DNA of 64,000 bases, from the NCBI RefSeq assembly GCF_009914755.1, contig NC_060936.1; one strand, written 5' to 3'. The stretch's first letter is position 1. Every line of letters starts with the position of its first letter. The translations under genes and the position numbers were made by a program. Below, in pieces: positions 25,775 through 38,612 of this stretch. The notes under the pieces were generated by a model. That model was not told the origin of the DNA, made no database searches, and saw nothing but the letters and a program-made list of their open reading frames with translations. This DNA is from the human T2T-CHM13v2.0 reference genome, Homo sapiens.

Positions 25775-26324
25775 TGTGGTAGTTTGTCTTCAAAGCAGGC
25801 TGGCGTCAATTTCTTCCCTCCCTCTATGCTCTTTCCACTGCCCCCCGCCCCACCCCAATTAAGAAGTGAAGTCTATCTTCCATCTGCTAAAATCTGGGCT
25901 GACCTGTGATAGTTTTGACCAATAGAATATAGCAAAAGGGACAATTCTTTGCCTTTCCTTTAAGAGGACTAGCAGCTTCTACTTCCTATATCTTGGATCA
26001 CTCAATCTTGATACTTCTCCTAGGAACCCAGCCACCGAACTATGAAAAACTTAAGACATGGCAAGGGGCCAGAAGGAAGCCCTCCAGTTGACAGCCCCCA
26101 GCTGAACTTACAGCCAACAGCCTGTATCAGTTGTAGCCATGTGAATGAGCCATTTTGCATGCCCAGTCCGTTGAGCTGTCAGATAACTCCAGCATGAGAG
26201 ACCCCAAGTAAGAGCCACCCAGTTGAGTCTAGTAGGCCTCTCAAAACATGAGAAATAATATATGGCTGTTTTAAGCCACTAAGTTTTGGAGTAGTTTGTG
26301 ATGTAAGGATAGAAGACCAAAACA
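25775..26324 (+). mobile_element. MaLR solo LTR (MLT1H-like)
   Basis: Starts tgtggtag. Contains tttgaccaatagaat and ggaacccagccacc. Ends gttttaagccactaagttttggagtagtttgt...aaaaca. Confidence 0.8.
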
Positions 26325-27029
26325 CCCTATACCCTGTTCTACCAGCCCTGTGCCTGCATGGTTGAGTCACTGGTGCTGCCACCACTGACATGCCTCCAAG
26401 CAGCCCCTTTGGTATGTAACTGTTACTAGGCACTGAAGCTTGGCCTTTGGAACAGCCTATCCATCTAACCACCAGCCAGAAATGACAATCCTACCATTCT
26501 TTCTTTCTTTATTCTCTCTCCAGCTAAACCTCACCCAGCAGGAGGCAGTCAATTAATTTGTTCTTAGCATTAAGTGAGACTACATTTTACCACAGGCCCA
26601 AGGGGACAGAGACTTCAGTACTCTTCCTTTTCATCTGTCTGTACCACATTTCCCACTAGCTCTATCTTCTCTCTTCCCTTTCTGGCCAGCCAATTATCCC
26701 AGAGTTTGTCCAGATGATTCAACTTAATTTTTAAAAGCTAGCACAGTGCTGCAAAAAAATCCCCGTTCGCTTGTTTCATGTATCCACCAGGAATTTGTTT
26801 AGATGCCTGTTTTATGCTAGGTACTGTACTAGGTGCTAGGGAGATAAATACCTCAATTCTTTGAAACTTTCAAAAATCTAAAAATACGTACGGATGTGCT
26901 AAAATGAAAAACAGAAGAGAAAGCTTCTGCAGCAAATGGAAACACTAAAAAGCCAAAAGGAGCTGCGTCTCAGAAGAGAGATGAGTGACAAAGCTGTAGA
27001 ATCCTGTTGAGTCAAAAAAGGTGTCATTC

Positions 27030-27257
27030 AGGGAGGGGGAGCAACACACACTGGGGCCTGTGGGGGGCAGGCAGTGGGGGATGGGGAAGAGAGAGCATCA
27101 AGATAAATAGCTAATGCATAAGGGGCTTAATACCTAGGTGATGGGTTGATCTGTGCAACAAACCACCATGGTGCACATTTATCTACGTAACCAACCTGCA
27201 CGTCCTACATATGTATCCCGGAACTTAAAATTAAATTAAAAAATAAAAAATAAAATA
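27030..27257 (+). mobile_element. 5'-truncated L1PA 3'UTR (about L1PA8-10)
   Basis: caacacacactggggcctg...gcttaatacctaggtgatgggttgat...aaaccaccatgg...aacttaaaa plus an A-rich tail. Confidence 0.85.
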
Positions 27258-27380
27258 GGGGTAATAACAGGACCTACTTCATTGGGTTGTAATGAGGTTT
27301 AAATGAGTTGATTCATGTAAGACAATTAGAAGAGTGCTTGGTACATAGTAAATGCTCAATAAATGTTGGCTATTACTTTT
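27258..27380 (+). mobile_element. MIR SINE 3' half
   Basis: cctacttcattgggttgtaatgaggtttaaatgag...tggtacatagtaaatgctcaataaatgtt. Confidence 0.75.
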
Positions 27381-27959
27381 GCATTCTCAAAGTATCTTAG
27401 GAAAATGAAGATTCTACTAGTTTTTGCTTTAATTTCCCTGAAAATATTTTTTATTTTCTTCAAAAAAAAAAAAAAAAAAACAAAGTGCCATTTATACAGC
27501 AATGTGACTGGTTTCCCTTTGAGGCTTACATGCAAGTCCTGAGGGCAATTTCAAAAGAGGTTGTATGGCCAACATGTTTTGAATGATAGTAACATGGTTG
27601 GAAATAGTGGAGCCTCCTGGGATGCCATTGAAAGGAACTGTCCTCTCTGGCATGTGAACAGTGTTTGACCGGCTACGAATAAAAATCAATTATGCCAGTA
27701 TCTCCCTCAAAGATGGTGAGAATCAGGAGTGCTGAAATCATGCATGCATGTGTGACTTAGTTCTGGTGGACCCGCCAAGGGATCGGAAATGTCTACACTG
27801 TTGCTGCTTTTCTAATTTTAGGTAAGACTCCAAGGAGGCGGGCACTGCAGAGATGGAGATTCCTCCTTTGGTTTCGCCACACTCAGAGTCGGAGTGGGGG
27901 CTCTTATTTTCCAGAGCTTTGTTCCTCAGCTTTTTCCTCATCAAGTCACCATCCCCTTC

Positions 27960-28660
27960 CACCAGCTTCCCAACAGCAATAGCTTCCCAACCTCTCTCCT
28001 TCTTTCTGCATTTGTCCAACTCCCACCAGTTTATTCTCCACCCAGCAGCCAGAGGGACTCCCTTAAAATGAAAATCAATTCACATTGTTTCTCCACTGGG
28101 AACCCTCCAGTGGTTCGCCACTTCTCTCTCAATAAAAGCCAAAGTCTTTACAATGGCCCAAAATAAGGGGCTCTAAGGCCTGCCCCCAGCCCAACCACTT
28201 CTCTGGCCTTCTTCCCCTGCAATTCCCTGAGATGCTCATAACTGCAGGCACAGTGATCCCCTGCCTATCCCCTGCCTGTTCCTTGCATAGGCTTCACAGT
28301 GCTGTGCCCTGTGCTCTGCACCCACTTCAGTCAAGCTATGTGACTCACTCCCAGGCCTCCTGAGTCTCTGCGCAAATATCATCTTACCTAGGAGGGTTTT
28401 GCTCTCCATCCTTTAACAACAGCAAATCCTTACCCCTTCTTAGCACTTTGTATCCTTCTCCCCTTGCTCTATGTTTCTCCAGAGCACTCAAAATCACACA
28501 CTTACCTGATTTTTTTGTTGTTGTTCACTGTCTCCCCCATCTAGAATGCTAGCTCTAAAAGACAGGTACTTTTTGTTTGCTCACTACTCTATCTCCAGCA
28601 TTCACAATAGTGCCTGGCACAGAGTAAGCACTCAACTATTTATTAAATGAATAAATTACA
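27960..28660 (+). mobile_element. L2 LINE 3' end
   Basis: attctccacccagcagccagaggga...tagaatg...ttcacaatagtgcctggcacagagtaagcactcaa...tgaataaat. Confidence 0.75.
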
Positions 28661-28848
28661 TAGCTACTGCCAATGGCAGGGAAGAGGGAAATCATAACCA
28701 TACAGAGCAGCTTCAGAACCTGAATGGCCAACCTGCCAGGTAATTTTTGGCAGTCTCATGTTTTATCTTAAAGACTTTTATATTCTATTGCATTATAAAA
28801 TCTGTTAGATAGAAAAAATAATCTTGAAGTAAAATTGATATTCCAAAA

Positions 28849-29253
28849 TGATGAGTCTGTTTTCCCACTGCTATAAAGAAATACCTGAGACTGGGTAATT
28901 TATAAAGAAAAGATATTTAATTGGCTCACGGTTCTGCAGGCTGTACAGGAAACATGATGCTGATAGCTGTTTGGCTTCTGGGAAGGCCTCAGGAAACTTA
29001 TAATCACAGCAGAAGGTAAAGAGAGAGCCAGCACTTCACATGGCCAGAGCAAGAGCAAAAGAGAGACTGGGGAGGTGCCACACACTTTTAAATAACCAGA
29101 TCTCATGAGAACTCACTATCGGGACGACAGCACCAAGGAGAGATGGTGTTAAACTATGAGAAACCACCCACATGATCCAATCACCTCCCACCAGCATTGG
29201 GGATTATATTTCAATATGAGAGTTGAGTGGGGACACAGATACAAACCATATCA
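28849..29253 (-). mobile_element. MaLR solo LTR (MSTA-like)
   Basis: actgctataaagaaatacctgagactgggtaatttataaagaaaaga...ggctcacggttctgcaggctgtacagg...ggggacacagatacaaaccatatca. Confidence 0.9.
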
Positions 29254-29555
29254 AGATATATGATGTCTGTCACTCTTTCATGAAATAATGACATTTTGAA
29301 TTCATGATCAATGATACTTACCCATTTATGAAAGAATGGTGTTTTATTGAGCATCTGTGAAATGCCAAGCCCAGTGCAGAATACTGAGATCTTCTGTGGC
29401 TTTATAATCCTCCTGACCCCACGTGCCCTCAACAAGCCTGTGTCTTGCAGTTAGCAAAGCTGGGAATTTAATGGAGCATTCATGACATCTCCCGCAAATG
29501 CTGATAATAATAATTTTATTAAGTAATAATGACCACTTGTTGGGGGTTTACTGTG

Positions 29556-30187
29556 TGTTCTAGCTTTCTATTGCTGCATAACAAACCACTCCAAAACTCA
29601 GTGACATGAAACTACACTAAGTGGGTAAGAAATTTGGGCATGGCACTACAGGGACAGCTTCACAATTCTTGTCCCTGCTCCACATTGACTGGGGCCTCAG
29701 CTGGGTGACTCGAATGTCTGGAGATGGCTGGGATGGCTTCCTTAGGGCCATGTCCCTGGGGTCTTGGTTCTGGATGTTCCCTGGGCTCCTTGATTCTTCT
29801 GCAAGGTATATCTTCTGGAAATGAAATGAACGTTCTTCCTTCATATGCCCGGTGCTGGGCTGGAAGAGCTGGAAAAGCCAGGCTCCTTTCTTTCTCCACA
29901 CTGCCTGTCCATGTGGCTAACTGGGGCTTCTCCAGCACAGCGGTCTCTGGGTAGCTGGACTTCTCACGTGGCAGCTGACTTCCTCAGAATGAGGGCTCCA
30001 ATCGACTGGGCAGAAGCTGGAAGGTTTCTTATGGCCTAACCTTGGCTGTCTCAGAATATCAATTGCACCACATCTACATATCAGGCAAGTCATCAAGACG
30101 AGTCCATAATCAAAGAGAGAGGAATAAGACTTTACCCCTCAATGAAAAAGGCGAAAAAGAATTGGTGACCATCTTTATTCTACCATA
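29556..30187 (-). mobile_element. MaLR solo LTR (MLT1G/H-like), inserted into a MIR
   Basis: ctattgctgcataacaaaccactccaaaactcagtg ... ccatctttattctaccata. MIR sequence resumes at 30188-30350. Confidence 0.75.
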
Positions 30188-31369
30188 TTGTACTGAGCAC
30201 TTTTCTTGCAGCATGGCTTTTTATCTTATGACAGCCCTATGAAGTATGTACAATGACTATTTCCATTTTATGGTAAAGAAATTGAGGCCTTGAGAGAAAA
30301 ATAACTTCTCTCCAAACCCATAGTTAGCAATTGGTGGAGCCAGTAAGGAAATCAAATTTAATTTCCTTGAATTTTTAAAGCAAAATAGATAGCATTCTGC
30401 CTCTTTAGAATGGCTTCAGGGCAGACAGGGAAAAGTGAGTGGAGGTGGGAGGTGGGAATTGGGTTCTTACGGTAAGTCCTTGTAACCGCTCATAAGGAAG
30501 GACCTCGTCAAAGCACTGGCTACATAATAAGCCCATCTTTGAGCTTGGACCAGAGAGAGGGTTGGGGCCTCTGGAGAAGAATGTCGGCAGCTATAAAATA
30601 AAGCAGCTGTGCCTCAGGGTATATGTGAACCACAGCTGGTAACCCCAGACTGGGATATTGATTTCTTCAGGGCAAATGAAAGAGAACATGTATGCCAAAT
30701 TGTTTTTTTGTTTTTTTTTTTAACCTAAGAAAAATAGTGGCAAGTCTCTGCAACGACCCTAACAATCCCACATTCATGAAGTGGCTCAAACCAGCAGGAC
30801 TCGTGTTTGGAATGGAAAGACTGGAGCTGAGGAAAAGGAAAGTGGAATTTCTCTTTGGAGTTTTGAAGTCTCTCCTTAGCTTATGACTTTGAGTTGCTTG
30901 AAAGGCTTGAAGGAATTTCCACACTTAGCACGCTTCCCATGGCTGCCGGCCGCCTGGCTCCAAAGCACACTTTGTGAGTTTTTAGTGTGTTCCCATTCCT
31001 CAGCATTATAATAGATGCTGTCACTAGAGCTGGATCCTGGCCGTGTAAGGCAGGTCACCCCAAAAGTCTGACCAGGGCCCTGTTTCCTGACTGAATGCTT
31101 GGTTGATGGTATCTTGTCTGATTCATATCCTATTGGAAACGGTGTGAAACAGGGCCTGGAAGTAGATCTGGTTTGAATCAATCTGGCCTACACAGACTTG
31201 CTTGACAGGCAACAGAGGCTGGACTGCTGGTTTTAAAAGAGAAATCCTAGTTTTAGAGAAGCTTTTTTCTTTTCCTTCAAAAGACTGAGAAACTTACCAA
31301 TTTCTTACGACTAACACAGTGCTGCACAAACATGCAATGCTTTAATAATTTCCTCTTTTGTTGTTTGAC

Positions 31370-31810
31370 ATATGCATTCACCAAATATTCATTTAGATGC
31401 CTGTTTTATGCCAGGTACTATGCTAGTACCTGTTAGGAAGACAATCCTGAGCAAAATAGACTTCATTCCTGCCCTCATGAAGATTACAGTCTAGTGGGGA
31501 AAACAGAAATTGAACAAATCCCAAAACTAATATAAATAAGTGCATGTAAATGAGAGATATAGGGTTCTAAGAGGGACTACATACAATAGGGGGCCTCACT
31601 TAGATTGAGGAGCTCAGGATGCAAGGAAGAGACATTGAAACAGAGGCCTGGTAGATAGATAGGAAATATGCAAGCAAAGAGCTGGGGGTAACTGTCTTCT
31701 GGACAGAGGGAACAGCAGGGGTGAGGCAAAGTGGGTTCAGGTGGGGCTCAAGAGACAGGGAGAGCCCAGATCATGCAGGACCTGATGGCCAAGAGCAAGA
31801 TTTTGTGTTT
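31370..31810 (-). mobile_element. L2 LINE 3' fragment
   Basis: tatgccaggtactatgctag, cctgccctcatgaagattacagtctagtgggg, cagatcatgcaggacct. Confidence 0.7.
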
Positions 31811-31896
31811 TGAATTCTCCCTCCAATCAGTTTTGTTTAAAGCACTTTCTACTAGTGTCAACTGGATTGGATGCAACACACTATCATTGAGCGAAT

Positions 31897-31957
31897 TATT
31901 AGGTTGGTGCAAAAGTTATTGTGGTTTTTGCCATTAATGGGTTGCACCAGCCTTATA
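31897..31957. mobile_element. MADE1 (Hsmar1-derived MITE), internally deleted
   Basis: The left arm tattaggttggtgcaaaagttattgtggtttttgccatta is intact. The right arm is reduced to ttgcaccagccttata. Confidence 0.85.
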
Positions 31958-32739
31958 GATCCTGAAACAGCCAATTCAGAGCAAGACTGCTGGCATTCTC
32001 CACTGAAGAGCTGGATTGGGGGTGGGGCCAATATTAAAGCACTAGCTTGGGAGAAAGATGGAATTTAAAAGTCCATATATTATCCTATTTATTATTTTCA
32101 TTGCCATTCTCCATTTATATTTCCTTTCAATCAAAAATTACTGAGAACATCTTATATGCAAAATGCCTTGAAAGATTCAAAGAGTTCTGGGACACATCCT
32201 TTCTCTCCAGGAACTTATGTCTTAGCGGAAAAGCCAGCTCTGTGAATCACCCTACAAAACCACAGACTTATGCAGCAAAATGGACAGCATCTGAAATATC
32301 ATCTGGTCCAGGTTCACAGACATATTCTCCAGGGTCACAGAGCTCTAGAGTAATTGTCTTTTAATTTTGTGGTTTTCATTTTGATTATAATCTAAAACGT
32401 ATTTTACTGGTTATAAAGGAGAAAAAAAGATCCTCTTGTTTGCACTAATGATTTACAATTGAGAGACATTTCTTGGCAAAAGTTCCTCAAGTCACTGTTT
32501 GTCCAACTAGGATCCATGGAGCCTTCAGTGCCCACAGATGTATTTTCAGGAGTCTATGAAAATTATTCTTCTCTTGAAATGTGTCCTTAGATCACCAAGT
32601 TTGAGAAACTAACCTATTCCAACACGTCATTATCACAGACTTTTTTTTTGTTGTAAAGACCAAGGCCTAGGATGGGTAAGAATAAAATTCCTAAAATATT
32701 TTAGATTCCTTATGTTAATTAGAAATCATCGTTTTCAAT

Positions 32740-32930
32740 CTTCTTTTGCATTCTTTATCTCATTGCTTTCTTGTAAATATCCATGACCCACACAAGATAG
32801 ACAGTATTATTATCCTCATCAAAGAGATAAAGAAATTGAGATTCATAGCTGTTAAGTAACTTGCCCAAGTTCAACTAATAATGGTAAATGCAAACAGTGG
32901 TGTTGGAATGAAAATAATCTACTTTCCAGG
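32740..32930 (-). mobile_element. MIR SINE
   Basis: tattattatcctcat...gataaagaaattgag...gttaagtaacttgcccaag. Confidence 0.65.
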
Positions 32931-33107
32931 CCAGTAGTCATCCCATTGTTCTAACCTTCTAGAATTAAGGGCAACAGATGTAACACATTAAAATCTGCAA
33001 CCTCTGTTCCAAGCGTGTGTTTTGGTTTTATTTTACCAATTAGACAAAAGTTCCTCACTTGGTCATAGTCATCCCATGATATCTTAATGATTTCCTCTGC
33101 TTAGCTT

Positions 33108-33571
33108 TGGTGGTTTTAAAATGTCTACAAATTCTTTGATTGCTCCCATGACGTAGGTCTATGTACCCTCCCCTTGAATCTGGCTGACTAATAGCATGTG
33201 GTAGGGGTGACTCTATGTGAATTTTGAGTTTGAGTCATAAAAGGTGATCCAGCTTCCACCTGGTCCTCATGAGATGCTCCCTCTTGGACCCCAGCCACTA
33301 AGCTATGAGGAAGCCCTGGCCACATGGAAAGGCCATGTGTAGGTACTCAGCTGACACCCCCAGTTGGGGTCTCAGTCAATAGCCAGCATCAACCCAAGAC
33401 TTATGAGTGAAATGGTTTTGAGATGACTCCAGCTTTAGCAGCCATTGAACTGCATGAGTAAGCCTGCGTGAGAACCATCTAGCTGAGCCTAGAACCTAGA
33501 GAGACAGTGTAACAACTTTTAAACCACCAAGCTTTGGGCTGATTTGTTAGGCAGCAACAATGACTGGAATG
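33108..33571 (+). mobile_element. MaLR solo LTR (MLT1G/H-like)
   Basis: tggtggttttaaaatgtctacaaattctttga...cccttgaatctgg...cccagccact...tttgggctgatttgttaggcagcaa. Confidence 0.75.
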
Positions 33572-35484
33572 CTGGCTGGGCACCTTGCATTGGGTGATTT
33601 CATCAGTGTTTCTCCCAAAAGGCATCATGGTCTGCACTGTACTAGGAGCTTTCGGCTTGAAGAGAGATATATGGCCTCCCTAGAGGGGACCAGAGGCTGT
33701 GCACAATTATGGCTTGATTGTCCCTAACATTTCTGTTCCTCTGACTTATATGTTCTCTTTTTTTATCAGAAAACACTGCTTTTGACTGCAGCTCAGTGTT
33801 GCTTCTGTAAACAGGGTATCAGCTCAGCCTAAGGTAAAAATACCATGCTCCTGAGAGTTCCTTCTGATGAGATATCTCCCTTTGCTAATGCTGAAATAGG
33901 TTCCCTCCCAGATCTAGGAACTGGTGAGCCAGCTGCCCTGAAGGAACGGAGGGGCCAGGCAGCCAGAAGGAAAACCGCAGGGAGAAGATGTCTTCATCTC
34001 TGGCCCAGTCCCCAGCACAGATGTATTTGGGTTTTCTAAATGAATGAATGGACTCAAAGTAGCAAAAGATTCACCTGATCAAACTGAACTCATTTGTGAC
34101 TCACTAGAGCATGAATGAATAATCAAGGTTCATACTCATTTATAAAGGAAAAATTCTCCCTCTCCTCACAAAAGGTGGAGAGTGTAGGGGAACAAAGTTA
34201 CTTGGAATTGGAATAAGTCAATGAGTGAGCAGAAGACTTTCAAAATGAAATACTTAACAGAGAAAGAGAATAAACCTAATTAGACTGAATTAAGCCTATA
34301 GTCATTAAAATGTCATGTCACTTAAAAGTGAGAGCTAAAATGTTGTTATGAAAGGGTTGCATGTTGTCTGCAGAGATCTCGCTTACAGAAAGCAGGGGTA
34401 CCGCCTGCATCATTGTAGGTATCAGGAAAGCCTCACCCAATGAGCTACTGCAAATGGCCACACAGGCTGAGCACCATACACCTCCAGTGGGCACCATTCA
34501 CAAAAGCCAGGAGCTTCTCCAGAATTTAAAAGCTAATTTAAAAGAATTCATCCCTAACAAGCATCTATTACATTCACAGTTTTTATTGGTAGGGATTTGA
34601 GGACAGCATCAAGAAGTGATCTGATTGGGAAGATGGTCACACAGGTTAATAATAAGTGTTATGGGAGCAAAGCGCACATCTAATTCTACCAAAGGAAGTG
34701 TAGGAAAGTACACCAAAGATGTGGCTTTTCAGTGGAACTTGCCAGGAAGAGGAGTGTGGGAAGAGCCTTCTGGATATAAGCAGCACGGCGTGCAAGGTGT
34801 CCTGAGTGTAGAGGAGCAAGGCATGTCTGTGGGGAGGACTAGTGGGTAATGAACCAGAAGACTTAAGCAGAGACTTGACTGTAAAGGATCTTGGGATGCT
34901 AAGGAGTTTGGCCCTGACCTTCCAGATGTATTCTCTATCAATAGGGGAGAAATTGGTAAGCCCAGAGAAAGCAGCCATAAACATGCTCCATATAGCATGG
35001 AGCCTGAGAGCCATGAGGTAGACCAGTCCTTCCCCTCTGTCTTGTTGAGGCCTAAAAGGTAGGAGATGTTTGTACATGCAGAAGCCTTTAACCACGGTAA
35101 TGTGGATTGTCCCATAAAGACAAGTTTCCTAATACCTTGTATCCCATAGTCAGTAAGATCAGGAGCAGGAATAAACCAAAGGCCTCAGAGGCTGAGGTGT
35201 ATTTGTGTGTGGTAGTAGTTGTTGGTTTTGTAGGCAGGCAGGAGGGAACATTCTGGGCCATTAGAGGCTTAAAGATATTTGACAGTCTGGTCAAGTGTCT
35301 CTGATGGCTAATTGAACTTGGCCCAACCCAGGGAATGCAGAAGCCCTCTTCACCTACTACACAGTTTTGCAATGGGCTCACCCAACCCAAGATTTTTAAA
35401 CACATACTTTGGGACATCTTTGAAGACAAGACAAGTACACTTTTGTAAGAATAATACTAATCTCAATAATAAAAATAATATCAG

Positions 35485-35853
35485 TGTTATTAAATGTTGT
35501 GTCCTTCCAAAATTCATATACTGGAAGAAGGTTTAATCTCAAATGTGGCTGTATTTAGAGATGGGAACTTTAAGGAAATAATTATGACTAAATGAAGTCA
35601 TAAGGGGTGGGGCCCTGATCCAATAGGATTAGTGTCCTTATAAGAATAGAGAGATCACTCTCTCTAGGCACAAACACACCAAGGAACATAGCTGAGATGA
35701 TGTCTGTCTGCCAGCCAGGAAGCCCTCACCAAGAACTAAATTTGTCAGCACCTTTATCTAGGACTTCTAGCTTCCAGAACTGTAAGAAAATAAATCTCTG
35801 TTGCTTAAGCCGCTGAGTCTATGGTATTTTGTTACGGCAACCCAAGCTAATAA
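35485..35853 (+). mobile_element. MaLR solo LTR (MLT1A-like)
   Basis: ccaaaattcatat...ggggccctgatccaataggattagtgtccttataaga...cttccagaactgtaagaaaataaat...tatggtattttgttacggcaacccaagcta. Confidence 0.85.
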
Positions 35854-35975
35854 AAATAGCAAGAATAGTTAACATTTATGGAGCACTTATTATGGGCAAG
35901 TCATTGTTATAGGTGCTAGTCATAATTGCTTCATATTTATTAAGTGTGTTAATGGTAGGCACCATTATCTCCGTG

Positions 35976-36294
35976 TTTTGTGTGTGTGTGTGTTTTTTAT
36001 TTGTTTGTTTGTTTTGAGACAGGGTCTTACTCTGTCACCTAGGCTGGAGTGCAGTGGTATGACATCAGCTTACTGCATCCTCCAACTCCTGGGTTCAAGT
36101 GATTCTCCCGACTCAGTCACCCCAGTAGCTGGGATTACAGGCGTGCACCATGACAGCTGGCTAATTTTTGTATTTTTAGTAGAAATGAGGCGCCATGTCA
36201 CCCAGGCTGGTCACGAACTCCTGAGCTCAGGTGATCCACCCTCTTCGGCCTCCCAAAGTGCTGGGATTACAGGCATGAGCGACCGTGTTTGGCC
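35976..36294 (-). mobile_element. Alu (old, AluJb/AluS) inserted in a MIR
   Basis: Full Alu dimer, antisense, with the tail degenerated to (TG)n/(TTTG)n. TSD cattatctc at 35963-35971 and 36295-36303. MIR sequence lies on both sides. Confidence 0.92.
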
Positions 36295-37823
36295 CATTAT
36301 CTCTATTTTACATTTGAGGAAACTGAGGTTTAGTAATTCACCAGAGGCAATGCAGCTAATGTGTGGTAGAGGTGAAATTCAAACCCAGCAAAGTGCCCCA
36401 GAGAACCTTCTCATCATTTACACTGCTGGTCATCGAGATATTCATTGGAAGGTCTCTGTGCTGAGTAGAGCTTCTCACTGAGCAGGGACCCAGGACCTTG
36501 GCCAATTCTCTGCCAGTCAACTTATTTAGGCCAGCATCAAAAGGCCTCTTTCTCCCTGCATGTCCCCTGCTGGGCGGCTTGATTTTTCCTCAGAGGGGCT
36601 GGAACCCTTCCACAGATATCACTAGAGTCCCAGGACCTTTCCTGCCTTCTTTTTCCCATGAAGAGCGAGCATTATTCAGACACCCCACCCTTGCCTGCAC
36701 ATTGAGATGGGAACTGAGAGTTGTAAAAAGGCTTTGAATAACCACAGAAATAATTTTTTTTGTAATCATTTTGGATCCATTTGCCCATTACCCATTTGAG
36801 AAAAACCTTGCAGAAAGCAATTTCCTAATATGGCGCTTTGGATATACAATGTAAACATTTTCTTCCTGGGACAAATAGGCTTGAGATTTGCTAAACTCTC
36901 CAGAGACACATTTTTCTTTCTATTTTCTTTTCTGTGATGTGATATGACATTATAGGGTGTTGGGGATGGAGGGGAGTCTTGTGTACTTATACATTTTCTC
37001 ATTGATTCTCATGTTATTTCAATTGTACATTATTTTCCCAGAAAAATTGTCATAAACCATTTGGAATGGCCCTGCTTTTAATGGGTGCTAAAGATTTTTC
37101 TCTCTAGCTTTGTCATCATTAATAGGCTCTCCAAGAGGTTCATTGTCCCATGGTGAATTGGTGGTGAAACTCCCAAGCTCCTACTCCCTCATTGCGCCAC
37201 ATTCACCCTACAGCGAGTCTTTCTTTCTGGCCCTGGCTTGAATTTAAGCTTCAAGATGGAAAGATCTGGCAAAAATCTGACACTAAATAGCTTTGTCCTG
37301 TCACTTAGTTTTAAGTATTCCTCTGTCCAATGAAGTGCAGGTTGACTTGAAGCCAAAAGTTTATCCTGTGCTCCAGGGGTCACCAAACTCCACACCAGAT
37401 CTCAGAGCAAGCTCCGAAGGCAGAGTCCTTCCATTCAGGCTTTTCCATTCCTCACCAGGGGCCCTCAGGGCCAGTCCTGCAGGATAATCCTTCATGTGGT
37501 TTCCAAGATCCCAACCCCCTCTAAAGCCACTCTCCACATGTTTTTCTAAGCCTTTTCTGCAATTTTCTGCTGCTTTTCTTCTGTTATTTCCATCTCTTTT
37601 TCTTCCTACTACTTGGTGGAACCACTGTCAGAAATGCGTTCCCCTCTGCTAGGTCTGTCACTGGGTACATGAGCAGTCTCTTACGATGCATTCCTGGAAT
37701 CTTCTCTGTTGCACTTTGTGCTAAGTGAATGCCAGCAGTCAGCTAGAAACTTAAGTGAATGGCTTAGACTGTAATTCCTAGAGGTGGTGCCTGACATAAA
37801 TCAAGGCAGATTTGCTAAATAAC

Positions 37824-38118
<295 letters not shown>

Positions 38119-38133
38119 GCTAAATAAATTTTA

Positions 38134-38612
<479 letters not shown>

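Noticed and set aside
35978-36481. 167-aa ORF (also 38131-38541, 50241-50540, 55591-55863, 62501-62779)
   Set aside because: Classic antisense-Alu translations (LSPRLECSG...), not genes.
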